NCBI GenBank assembly: GCA_021770445.1
Contig: JAETQY010000012.1
Location: 53,018-117,017 of the forward strand
Length of the DNA: 64,000 nucleotides
Source of the DNA: Bacillota bacterium
GTDB taxonomy: Bacteria; Bacillota; Clostridia; Oscillospirales; Oscillospiraceae
Direction: 5' to 3'
In this document: one piece after another, positions 22,310 to 30,899 of the stretch
Layout of the letters: every line of letters begins with the position of its first letter
How positions within the stretch are numbered: the stretch's first letter is position 1
Position numbers and translations under genes: made by a program
The notes under the pieces: generated by a model
What the model was told of the DNA's origin: nothing
Databases searched by the model: none
The model's input: the letters and a program-made list of their open reading frames with translations, nothing else

Positions 22310-22411
22310 ATGCGGTTGGATGACGGGCGCTGGACGAAAGTCCTGCGTTTCGTGGTGTGTGTGATTATTACAGCTCTGCTGTTGATACTTACAGCCCCAA
22401 ACGCGTGTTAG
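22310..22411 (+). CDS. 33-aa single-TM peptide, putative type I toxin (MRLDDGRWTKVLRFVVCVIITALLLILTAPNAC)
   Basis: Translated by hand (below ORF-track cutoff); strong SD gagggggtg; hydrophobic helix; opposed by a convergent promoter. Confidence 0.75.
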   Translation: MRLDDGRWTKVLRFVVCVIITALLLILTAPNAC

Positions 22412-22489
22412 CCGCCCGGCTCGCCCCGGACGGCTAACAGATTTCTGTTAAAAGCGACGGGCTAACCGCTATGCAGCAGCGCCTTTTAC
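22400..22489 (-). ncRNA. Putative cis-antisense antitoxin RNA
   Basis: Starts after TTGACA-16-TATAAT (22523-22496), no ORF, ends at hairpin 22407-22438 overlapping the toxin stop codon; ends approximate. Confidence 0.65.
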
Positions 22490-22495
22490 ATGTTT

Positions 22496-22523
22496 ATTAT
22501 AGCATCTTTGTACGGGTTGTCAA
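22496..22523 (-). promoter_or_regulatory. Consensus sigma-A promoter for antisense RNA
   Basis: Minus strand TTGACA-16-TATAAT. Confidence 0.8.
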
Positions 22524-22638
22524 GAGATTTGCGGTAATTACTTGAAACAAGTTTTTTTACAACTTGATTCAAGTTAAAAACAAGATAATCGACATGGAAT
22601 TGGGATACCATACATCCAGATAAAATTTTGGATGGTGG

Positions 22639-22821
22639 TTGACCTTGAAACGAGATAAGCATTTGGGTATTACGATCAGCGGTGAACATCATGGAAAGCT
22701 GGTCTATATTGCGGAGTATGAGGGCCGCTCCATGAGCGGGCAGATCCTATACCTGATCCAGAAGTGCATCCGGGAATTCGAGAAGGAGCACGGCCCCATC
22801 CCAGAGGACGAGCTGAAATGA
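22639..22821 (+). CDS. Small ribbon-helix-helix (Arc-like) DNA-binding protein
   Basis: Strand HLGITI, helix HHGKLVYIAEYEG, RSMSGQILYLIQ (RS..GQI pattern of Arc/RHH); start may be TTG 22645. Confidence 0.65.
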   Translation: MTLKRDKHLGITISGEHHGKLVYIAEYEGRSMSGQILYLIQKCIREFEKEHGPIPEDELK

Positions 22822-23516
22822 GGGTGCGGGAAAAGGTGCTGGATCTGCTCTTTCCGCCCAAGTGCCCCTACTGCCAGCAGATTCTGGAGGACCCCCGGGC
22901 AACTGTGTGCCCGGACTGCCAGCCCAGGCTGCCCTGGCTGGAGGGGAAGGCGGGGGAGCGGAGGATCGACTTTGCTGACGGCTGCTTTTCCCCTCTGGCC
23001 TACCGGGATGCGGTGCCCGGGGCGGTCCACCGGTACAAGTTCAGCCGGGTGCGGGCCTTGGGGAAGCCCCTGGCTGCCCTGATGGCCCAGTGTCTCAGTG
23101 ACCGGCTGCCAGAGGGAGCGGACCTCATCACCTGGGCGCCCCTGTCGAAGAAGCGGCTGCGGGAGCGGGGCTTTGACCAGGCGGAGCTGTTGGCCCGGGA
23201 GGTGGGGCGGCTGCTGTCCATTCCGGCGGCGCCTGCCCTGGAAAAGACGAGAAACACCAGCCCCCAGTCGGAGCTGGAGGAAGAGAGCGCCCGCCGGGCC
23301 AACGCCCGGGGGGCCTATGCCCTGCTGCCCGGGGCGGACCTGACGGGCAGGCGGGTGGTGCTGGTGGACGACGTGGTCACCTCGGGCTCCACCCTCAGCG
23401 AGTGCGCCGCCTTGCTGCGCCAGGGGGGTGCGGCGCAGGTGTACTGTCTCACCCTGGCCCGGGCCAGAGAAGACGGGGAAGAAAAAAAGACGAAAATTGT
23501 AGGAAAAAACGGTTGA
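22818..23516 (+). CDS. comF: ComF-family protein (double Zn ribbon + phosphoribosyltransferase)
   Basis: LFPPKCPYC..CPDC, RGFDQAELLA, LVDDVVTSGSTL. Confidence 0.9.
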   Translation: MRVREKVLDLLFPPKCPYCQQILEDPRATVCPDCQPRLPWLEGKAGERRIDFADGCFSPLAYRDAVPGAVHRYKFSRVRALGKPLAALMAQCLSDRLPEGADLITWAPLSKKRLRERGFDQAELLAREVGRLLSIPAAPALEKTRNTSPQSELEEESARRANARGAYALLPGADLTGRRVVLVDDVVTSGSTLSECAALLRQGGAAQVYCLTLARAREDGEEKKTKIVGKNG

Positions 23517-23603
23517 AAAGCGGCCACGCTCAGGTTATAATAAAAAATGGCATCTAAGAGCCGCCCTATCAGGGCGGCCACAAAATAATGAATAAAATAT
23601 AAG

Positions 23604-24647
23604 GTGGAACAAATCATGGGTTTCTTCAGTAAAGATATCGGCATCGACCTGGGCACCGCCTCGGTCCTGGTATATATCCGCAACAAAGGCGTGGTCCTGC
23701 GGGAGCCCTCCGTGGTGGCCATGGACAAGAACACCGGCAAGCTGCTCAAGGTGGGCACCGAGGCCCAGGCCATGCTGGGCCGCACCCCCGGCAACATCGT
23801 GGCCATGCGCCCCCTGCGGGAGGGCGTCATCTCCGACTACGACATGACCGAGCGGATGCTGAAGGAGTTTATGAAGAAGGTCACCTCCTTCTCCCTGTTC
23901 AAGCCCCGCCTGCTGATCTGCGTGCCCTCGGGCATCACTGAGGTGGAGGAGCGCGCGGTGGTGGACGCCGGCATCCAGGCGGGCGCCCGCCGGGCCTACC
24001 TCATCGAGGAGCCGGTGGCCGCCGCCATCGGCGCGGGCATCGACATCACCAAGCCCGACGGCCACATGGTGGTGGACATCGGCGGCGGCACCGCCGACAT
24101 CGCCGTCATCTCCCTGGGCGGGGTAGTGGAGTCCGCCTCCATCAAGGTGGCGGGCGACAAGTTTGACGAGGCTGTGGTGAAGTATATCCGCCGCAAGCAC
24201 AACGTCCTCATCGGCGACCGCACCGCCGAGGAGCTGAAGATGAGCATCGGCTGCGTCTTCCCCCGGCCGGAGGAGGTCTCCATGGAGATCAAGGGCCGGT
24301 GCCTGATGACCGGCCTGCCCCGGGTGTTTAACGTCACCTCCAGCGAGATGATTGAGGCCTTTGAGGAGACCTCCGGCTCCATCCTGGAGGCTATCCACGG
24401 CGTGCTGGAGCGCACGCCCCCCGAGCTGGTGGCCGATATCTCCACCAACGGTATTGTCATGACAGGCGGCGGCTCCCTGCTGTGGGGCTTCGATAAGCTG
24501 GTCCAGTCCCACACAGGCATCGAGACCCACGTGGCTGACGACGCCATCTCCTGCGTGGCCTACGGCACCGGCAAGAGCCTGGACAGCCTGGACCAGATGC
24601 AGGACGGCACCATGAACCTGTCCCGCCGCAAGCAGATGAATTATTAA
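23604..24647 (+). CDS. mreB: Rod shape-determining actin homologue MreB/Mbl
   Basis: IGIDLGTA, IEEPVAAAIGAG, VDIGGGT, GGGSLL. Confidence 0.95.
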   Translation: MEQIMGFFSKDIGIDLGTASVLVYIRNKGVVLREPSVVAMDKNTGKLLKVGTEAQAMLGRTPGNIVAMRPLREGVISDYDMTERMLKEFMKKVTSFSLFKPRLLICVPSGITEVEERAVVDAGIQAGARRAYLIEEPVAAAIGAGIDITKPDGHMVVDIGGGTADIAVISLGGVVESASIKVAGDKFDEAVVKYIRRKHNVLIGDRTAEELKMSIGCVFPRPEEVSMEIKGRCLMTGLPRVFNVTSSEMIEAFEETSGSILEAIHGVLERTPPELVADISTNGIVMTGGGSLLWGFDKLVQSHTGIETHVADDAISCVAYGTGKSLDSLDQMQDGTMNLSRRKQMNY

Positions 24648-24650
24648 AGG

Positions 24651-24679
24651 AAACAGCCGGCCTCTGGCCGGCTGTTTTT
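24651..24679 (+). terminator. Intrinsic terminator after mreB
   Basis: aaacagccggcc-tct-ggccggctgttttt. Confidence 0.85.
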
Positions 24680-24695
24680 CAGAAGGAGGACCGCT

Positions 24696-25520
24696 ATGGA
24701 GACCATACAAGACCTTTTAAAGACGGCAGGGAGCGCCCTGGGGATGGAAAATCTCACCCTGTGGTCGCTGCTGCGGGTGGCGGTGATGGTGCTGGTAGGC
24801 TGGCTAGTCATCCGGCTACTGCTGAAAATGGCGGACCGGCTGCTGGAACGAAGCAGAGGGCTGTCGGCCATCAAGGTGTACATCAGGTCCGCGCTACGGA
24901 TCTTTCTCTGGTTCCTGCTGGTCCTGATGCTGGCCGGAACCCTGGGCATCGAGGTGACCTCCATCATCGCTATGCTCAGCGTAGTGGGCCTGGCGGTGTC
25001 CCTGGCCCTACAGAATACCCTGTCCAACCTGGCAGGGGGGCTGGTGCTGCTGGTGACCAAGCCCTTCGCTGTGGGGGACTATGTGGAGGCCGACGGCATC
25101 AGTGGTACCGTCGCTAAGCTGGACCTGGCCTACACCACCTTTGTTACCCCGGACAACAAGGAAATCTTTGTGCCCAACAGCCAGCTCTCGGCGGCTAAGA
25201 TCATCAACTACAACGCCCTGGGAAAGCGGCGGATGGACCTGAACTTCACGGCCTCCTACGACGCCCCTACCGCCCAAGTCCGCGCAGCCATTGAGGAGGC
25301 CCTGGCCGCTATCCCCGGCATCCTGGACGACCCGGCCCCGGCGGTCTATGTTTCGGAGTACCAGTCCAGCAGCATCCAGTACCTGGTCCGCCTGTGGACC
25401 CCCTCCGGGGACTACTGGGATGTGTACTATGCCCTGCTGGAGGGGGTGCGGGAGGCCTTCGCCCGCCACGGGGTGGAGATGACCTACGACCACCTCAACG
25501 TGCATCTCGTGGAGAAATAA
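24696..25520 (+). CDS. mscS: Small-conductance mechanosensitive channel
   Basis: GLAVSLALQNTLSNLAGG, KPFAVGDYV, VPNSQL. Confidence 0.9.
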   Translation: METIQDLLKTAGSALGMENLTLWSLLRVAVMVLVGWLVIRLLLKMADRLLERSRGLSAIKVYIRSALRIFLWFLLVLMLAGTLGIEVTSIIAMLSVVGLAVSLALQNTLSNLAGGLVLLVTKPFAVGDYVEADGISGTVAKLDLAYTTFVTPDNKEIFVPNSQLSAAKIINYNALGKRRMDLNFTASYDAPTAQVRAAIEEALAAIPGILDDPAPAVYVSEYQSSSIQYLVRLWTPSGDYWDVYYALLEGVREAFARHGVEMTYDHLNVHLVEK

Positions 25521-25843
25521 TCAGGGCATAGCCAGCCCGTGGAGAAAGCCGTCCAGCCGGGGGGAGAGGACCTCGCCGCCCACCACAGTATTTTTGCAGA
25601 TGAGCAGGTTGACCTGGACCCCTGTCTCGCCGGTGGGGTAGTTGAAAATTTCATAGGTGTACCGCTTCACCCGCTTGCCGGCGTACTTTTGCAGGTCGAA
25701 GCCCTGGCCGTTTTGGAGGGCCAGGCCTCCCGGCCGATGGCCTGGCCGAAGTTCAGGGCGATGGCGCAGCAGCACAGCAGGGCCGCCACCGCGACCCCCA
25801 GCGACAGCTTCCGTTTGGGCATTTTTGCAGTCACGATCAACAC
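25521..25843 (-). pseudogene. DUF4830-family gene with internal deletion and frameshift near 25724
   Basis: N-terminus VLIVTAKMPKRKLSLG..TM in one frame; conserved C-terminus LALQNGQGFDLQKYAGKRVKRYTY..GFLHG in another; joined length is much shorter than I recall for the family. Confidence 0.7.
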
Positions 25844-25919
25844 AGCGCATATCTCCTTCCGTCGGGTATGTTTTACCCTATGCGGAGAGAGTTGGAAATA
25901 TGAATGGCGGGGGGAGAGC

Positions 25920-26639
25920 ATGGAGCGGATCGACAAGCTGCTCAGCGCCACCGGGCGGTGGAGCCGGAAAGAAGTAAAGGAGCTGGTCCGGCAGGGCCGG
26001 GTGCTGGCGGACGGGCGGGCCGTCCAAAAGCCGGAGGAGAAGGCGGACCCGGAGACGGTCTGTCTCACAGTGGATGGGGGAGCGGTGGACTGCGCCCCCT
26101 TTGTCTATGTGATGCTCCACAAGCCGGAGGGGCTGCTCTCCGCCACAGAGGACAAAAGCCAGCCCACGGTGCTGGACCTGCTCCCGCCCGAGCTGAGGAG
26201 GCGGGGCCTGTTCCCGGTGGGCCGGCTGGACAAGGACACCACCGGTCTGCTGCTCCTCACTGACGACGGGGCGCTGGCCCACGGGCTGCTCTCCCCGAAA
26301 AAGCATGTGGACAAGGTCTACCGGGCGGAGGTGGACGGGCGTGTGGACGGCGAAGATGTGGCCGCCCTGGCTGCCGGGATGACGCTGGGGGACGGGACGG
26401 TCTGCCTGCCCGCCGGTCTGGAGCCTCTGGGAGACGGGAGCGCCTGCCTGGTCACCCTGCGGGAGGGCAAGTACCACCAGGTGAAGCGGATGCTGGCCGC
26501 CCGGGGCAAGCCGGTGCGCTCCCTCCACCGGCTGAGGATGGGCCCCCTGGTCCTGGACGAGGGCCTGGAGGCGGGAAAATGGCGGTTTTTGACGGCGCCG
26601 GAGAGAGAGCGGCTGAAAGAGGGAAGAGGCGCCTTATAA
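25920..26639 (+). CDS. RsuA-family pseudouridine synthase
   Basis: S4 domain ERIDKLL, HKPEG, PVGRLDKDTTGLLLLT, EGKYHQVKRM. Confidence 0.92.
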   Translation: MERIDKLLSATGRWSRKEVKELVRQGRVLADGRAVQKPEEKADPETVCLTVDGGAVDCAPFVYVMLHKPEGLLSATEDKSQPTVLDLLPPELRRRGLFPVGRLDKDTTGLLLLTDDGALAHGLLSPKKHVDKVYRAEVDGRVDGEDVAALAAGMTLGDGTVCLPAGLEPLGDGSACLVTLREGKYHQVKRMLAARGKPVRSLHRLRMGPLVLDEGLEAGKWRFLTAPERERLKEGRGAL

Positions 26640-26751
26640 AAATTGGGCAAACTGAACAAAAAAATGAAAAAAAACCTTGCCAAACTGAAAGACAGTCGGT
26701 ATAATGGGTACACAGGCAGAAAAAATGTAAAAGATGTAGGAGGGATTCGCT

Positions 26752-27843
26752 GTGTCAAGCAGGATGTTCCAAGGTGTCGTACTCCAAATGAAAGATAACA
26801 TCAGCCGCACGGTGGGAGTAATAGACGCAGAGGGGATCGTAGTCGCGTGCAGCGAACTGACCTGCATCGGCGAGCACTGGTCCGGAGCGGCGGCTGCCAT
26901 CAACAGTGCGGAGAATAACCTGGCCCGATTCGAGGGCCGCACCTTCAAGCCTCTGACGGGCTGGGGGGCTCAGTTCGACTATGCCGCCTTCGTCAAGGGC
27001 GAGGACGAGATGGCCGCCTCCCTGTGCGCCATGGCCGTGGTGGCCTTCAACGGCGCCAAGACCTACTATGAGGAGAAGCACGACAAGGCCACCTTTGTCA
27101 AAAACATCATCTCCGACAATATCCTGCTGGGGGATATCTATACCCAGGCCAAGGAGCTCCACTTTGTCTCCGAGGTGCCCCGGGCCGCCTTCCTGGTCCG
27201 GCAGCTGGGCCCCGGCGACGTGTCGGCCATCGACGTGATCCAGAACCTGTTCCCGGACAAGCAGACCGACTTTGTCATCTCCATCAACGAGACCGACGTG
27301 GCCCTTATCAAGCAGCTGCCCGAGGGGGCGGACGCCAAGGACCTGGGCAAGATTGCCAAGCAGATCGTCACCGCCGTCACCCAGGAGCTGGGGGTCAAGG
27401 TGGTGGTGGGCATCGGCACCATCGTGCCCCACATCCGGGACCTGGCCCGGGCCTACAAGGAGGCCGGGGTGGCCATCGACGTGGGCAAGGTGTTCGATAC
27501 GGAAAAGACCGTCATCAACTACGAGAACCTGGGCATCGGCCGGCTGATTTATCAGCTGCCCACCATCCTGTGCCAGATGTTCCTCCAGGAGGTCTTTAAA
27601 AAGAGCCCCATCGATGCCCTGGACCAGGAGACCCTGCTCACCATCAACAAGTTCTTTGAGAACAACCTGAACGTGTCCGAGACCGCCCGGAAGCTGTTTG
27701 TCCACCGGAACACCCTGGTCTACCGGCTGGAGAAGATCAAGAAGCTCACCGGCCTGGACCTGCGGGAGTTCGACGACGCCATCACCTTCAAGGTGGCCCT
27801 GATGGTCAAGAAGTACCTCATCTCCCGGGGCATCGAGTCCTGA
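26752..27843 (+). CDS. CdaR/PucR-family transcriptional regulator
   Basis: C-terminal NLNVSETARKLFVHRNTLVYRLEKI. Confidence 0.9.
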   Translation: MSSRMFQGVVLQMKDNISRTVGVIDAEGIVVACSELTCIGEHWSGAAAAINSAENNLARFEGRTFKPLTGWGAQFDYAAFVKGEDEMAASLCAMAVVAFNGAKTYYEEKHDKATFVKNIISDNILLGDIYTQAKELHFVSEVPRAAFLVRQLGPGDVSAIDVIQNLFPDKQTDFVISINETDVALIKQLPEGADAKDLGKIAKQIVTAVTQELGVKVVVGIGTIVPHIRDLARAYKEAGVAIDVGKVFDTEKTVINYENLGIGRLIYQLPTILCQMFLQEVFKKSPIDALDQETLLTINKFFENNLNVSETARKLFVHRNTLVYRLEKIKKLTGLDLREFDDAITFKVALMVKKYLISRGIES

Positions 27844-27857
27844 AGCAAGACAGAGAG

Positions 27858-27892
27858 ACCGCCCCGCGCCGTTGAAGCGCGAGGCGGTTTTT
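27858..27892 (+). terminator. Intrinsic terminator
   Basis: accgcc-ccgcgc...gcgcg-aggcggt followed by T-run. Confidence 0.7.
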
Positions 27893-27898
27893 GTGCGG

Positions 27899-29569
27899 TC
27901 AGACGAGGTAGCAGCCGCCGCCGATGAACTCCCGCATGAGGGAGGTTCTGGGGACGTCGTCGGCGGGGATGGGCAGGAAGTAGTTGAGGAATTTCAGCAG
28001 CCGCTTGGCCTCGATATACTCCTCGCTGTCCCGGGGGACGCCGAAGAGTAGAGGCTGGACATAGGGCTTTAGCAGGGCGGTCTCGTAGATCAGCGCCGAG
28101 TTGAAGACCATGTCAGCGCTGTCCTGATAGGGGAAGATGTTGTTCTCCTCCCCCCGCCGGACGGAGGGCCACATCTTGATGGTGGCCTGGGCGCTGTGGC
28201 CCCGGGTTCGGGCGTCCCGCTCGATGCGCCGCAGCAGGCGGGCGTCGGTGGTGGGGATGCGGTTGTGGTCGTCGATGTTCAGGGTGGTCAGGCAGCTGAT
28301 ATAGATTTTATACTTGCTCTCCCGGGGCAGGGCGTGGGTGAACTGGTCGTTGAGGCAGTGGATGCCCTCGATGACCAGCACGTCCCCCTCACCTAAGGTG
28401 AGGAAATTGCCGTTGTACTCCCGCCGGCCCTTCTTGAAGTTGAAGGTGGGCAGCTCCACCGTCTCGCCGTTCAGCAGGCGGACCATGTCCGTGTTGAACT
28501 GCTCCACGTCCATGGCGCCCAGGCCCTCAAAGTCGTAGTTGCCGTTTTCGTCCCGGGGGGTGTCCTCCCGGTTGACGAAGTAGTTGTCGGTGGCGATGGG
28601 GTGGGGCCGCAGGCCGCAGGCCGTCAATTGGGTGGACAGCCGGTGGGAGAAGGTGGTCTTGCCCGAGGAGGAGGGCCCGGCGATCATCACGAAGCGGACC
28701 TCCTTCCGGGAGGCGATCTCGGCGGCGATGTCGCCGATCTTCTTCTCCATCATGGCCTCGTGGGCCAGGATCAGCGGGGTGACGCCCCCCCGGGAGACGG
28801 TGGTGTTCAACTCGGCCACATTGGAGGCGTTTAGAGCCTGAGAGCGGAGGGCGGACTGGCGCAGCTCCTGGAACACCTTGATGGACGGCTTGAACTCGCC
28901 CAGCTGGTTGGGGTCCTTCTGGGTGGGCAGGCGGAGGATGAAGCCGTTTTCAAACAGTTCCAGCTTAAAGCACCGGATATAGCCGGTGTCGGGGGCCATG
29001 TAGCCGTAGAAATAGTCCACAAAGCCGTCCAGGGAGTAGATATTGACCCGGGAGTTGATCCGGAAGCTGAGCAGATCGGCCTTGTGGACCAGCCCGGCCT
29101 GGCGGAACAGCTCCATGGCGTCGTCAGTGGCCACGGACTTCTTCTCGATGGGCAGGGCCTGGGCGGACAGCTCCCGCATCCGCGCCTCCACCCGGTCCAG
29201 GAGGTTCTGGTCCAGGGTAAAGTTACCCCTGGCCAGGCAGAACAGGGCGCTGCTCAGAGAGTACTCCACCGAGACCCGCTCTACGTTTTCCCGGCCGGCC
29301 ACGTCGTAGAAGGCCTTCAGCATGAGAAGGACCGCGCTGCGCTCATAGGTCTGGATGCCCGGCTTGTCCCGGGCGGTGACCATTTTCAGAGAGCAGTCCC
29401 GATCCAGGGTCTTGTGCAGCTCACAGAGCTTTCCGTCCCGGTTGACCAGCAAAATGTCATAGGGGTAACGGCTCTGAAAATCAGCCGCAACGGTCCGATA
29501 GGGCGTCCCACTGGGGTAGGTGCGCTCCTCCCCCTCCACGGTGACCTTTACCATTTTCCTTTCCTCCAT
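27899..29569 (-). CDS. Uridine/nucleoside kinase with ThrRS-like N-terminal domain
   Basis: IAGPSSSGKTT, IEGIH, RRIERD..RG; TGS/ThrRS-like N-terminal half. Confidence 0.88.
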   Translation of the reverse strand: MEERKMVKVTVEGEERTYPSGTPYRTVAADFQSRYPYDILLVNRDGKLCELHKTLDRDCSLKMVTARDKPGIQTYERSAVLLMLKAFYDVAGRENVERVSVEYSLSSALFCLARGNFTLDQNLLDRVEARMRELSAQALPIEKKSVATDDAMELFRQAGLVHKADLLSFRINSRVNIYSLDGFVDYFYGYMAPDTGYIRCFKLELFENGFILRLPTQKDPNQLGEFKPSIKVFQELRQSALRSQALNASNVAELNTTVSRGGVTPLILAHEAMMEKKIGDIAAEIASRKEVRFVMIAGPSSSGKTTFSHRLSTQLTACGLRPHPIATDNYFVNREDTPRDENGNYDFEGLGAMDVEQFNTDMVRLLNGETVELPTFNFKKGRREYNGNFLTLGEGDVLVIEGIHCLNDQFTHALPRESKYKIYISCLTTLNIDDHNRIPTTDARLLRRIERDARTRGHSAQATIKMWPSVRRGEENNIFPYQDSADMVFNSALIYETALLKPYVQPLLFGVPRDSEEYIEAKRLLKFLNYFLPIPADDVPRTSLMREFIGGGCYLV

Positions 29570-29600
29570 AAAATCGGCCTCCTGTTCTGTAAAATGATGG

Positions 29601-30899
29601 TTATTTGTTTAACGCGGCGTTCTGAAGGGCGTCAAAGGACGCCATGCACTCGTCCACGGTGGCGCCGCCCAGAAGCTGGCGCACAATGAGGCAGGTGTTG
29701 CCCCACTGCTCCACGTTCATCCCCGCGTTGGAGCCCAGCACATAGACCCCCTCCTCGATCCGGTCGTTGAGAGGCCGCAGCGCGGGAACACAGTCCACCT
29801 TCACGTTTTTGGAGGGGGAGATCACCCGGTTGGTCTCAGAGAAGAGCTGGAGGGCCTCGTCAGAGGTGATGACCTCCATCACCCGCATAGCGTCCTCGGC
29901 GTGCTCAGCCTGAGCGCCCACGGCCCAGCCGGTCATGGGCATCACCGGCATCCTACCCCGGTGGGTGGGGAAGCCGATGACCTGCATCTCAAAATCCGTC
30001 TTGCCGTAGGCGGTCTCGGTGTTGGCCGCCCCCCAGTAGGCCATGACGATGGGGGTCTTGCCCGCCAGAAAATCGGGGCCCTCTCCCTCGATAGCCTCAC
30101 TGACCAGGGCCTTTTGGGCGTCAATGTAGCCGTTGTCAATGAGGGTCTGGAGAAACTCAAAGCCGGGGCGCATGTAGTCGCTGTACCTGGCCTCGCCGCT
30201 GTTGAGGGCGGCGATCTCCGCCTGGGTATTCCCGCCGTTGTACAGGTCGGCGTAGGCAATGGCGAGCACAAAGGTCTCTAGCCACCAGCGGTTGGCCCCG
30301 ATGGGGGTCTCGATCCCATTCTCCTGGAATACCCGGCAGCACCCCAGAAATTCCTCTGGGGTGTTGGGCAGGTCCAGGCCGTACTGCTTAAACAGGTCCA
30401 CGTTGACGAACAGGCCGTAGGCCACCACCTCCTGGGGAATGGCCACCAGCTTGCCGTCCACCGTGTTGGCCACGCGGATGATCTCCCGCAGGTTCTTGGT
30501 GCTGTCCAGCCCGGACAGGTCCATCAGCAGCCCCTCCGTACCCAGAGCCAGGACGGTATCCGGGTTGAGCAGATACAGGTCGTCCATGTTGTTCCGGGCC
30601 CGGTCCAGGGCCACATCATCATAGGTTTTGTCCTGATAGTCCTCTGCGGTGTAGGTCCAGTAGTCCACCGTGACCCCCAGCCGCTCCTCCGCCATGGCGA
30701 TGGTCAGGTCGGCGGCGGTGCGGGCCACGTTCTCCGCGTTGGGGTCGCTCTTTTCCATGGGGCTGAACAGGTTGACCACCCGCTTCGTTTCCTCGTCCTG
30801 GGAGATCAGGTTCTTGGGGTCCTCATGGCCGCCGCAGGAGACCAGCGCCAGGAGGGCCGCCGCCAGACAGACGGCAATCCATTTTTTCATACCGCTCAT
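29601..30899 (-). CDS. Extracellular solute-binding lipoprotein
   Basis: Lipobox LVSC; DGKLVAIP, GLFVNVDLFKQYG; no permease genes adjacent. Confidence 0.85.
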   Translation of the reverse strand: MSGMKKWIAVCLAAALLALVSCGGHEDPKNLISQDEETKRVVNLFSPMEKSDPNAENVARTAADLTIAMAEERLGVTVDYWTYTAEDYQDKTYDDVALDRARNNMDDLYLLNPDTVLALGTEGLLMDLSGLDSTKNLREIIRVANTVDGKLVAIPQEVVAYGLFVNVDLFKQYGLDLPNTPEEFLGCCRVFQENGIETPIGANRWWLETFVLAIAYADLYNGGNTQAEIAALNSGEARYSDYMRPGFEFLQTLIDNGYIDAQKALVSEAIEGEGPDFLAGKTPIVMAYWGAANTETAYGKTDFEMQVIGFPTHRGRMPVMPMTGWAVGAQAEHAEDAMRVMEVITSDEALQLFSETNRVISPSKNVKVDCVPALRPLNDRIEEGVYVLGSNAGMNVEQWGNTCLIVRQLLGGATVDECMASFDALQNAALNK

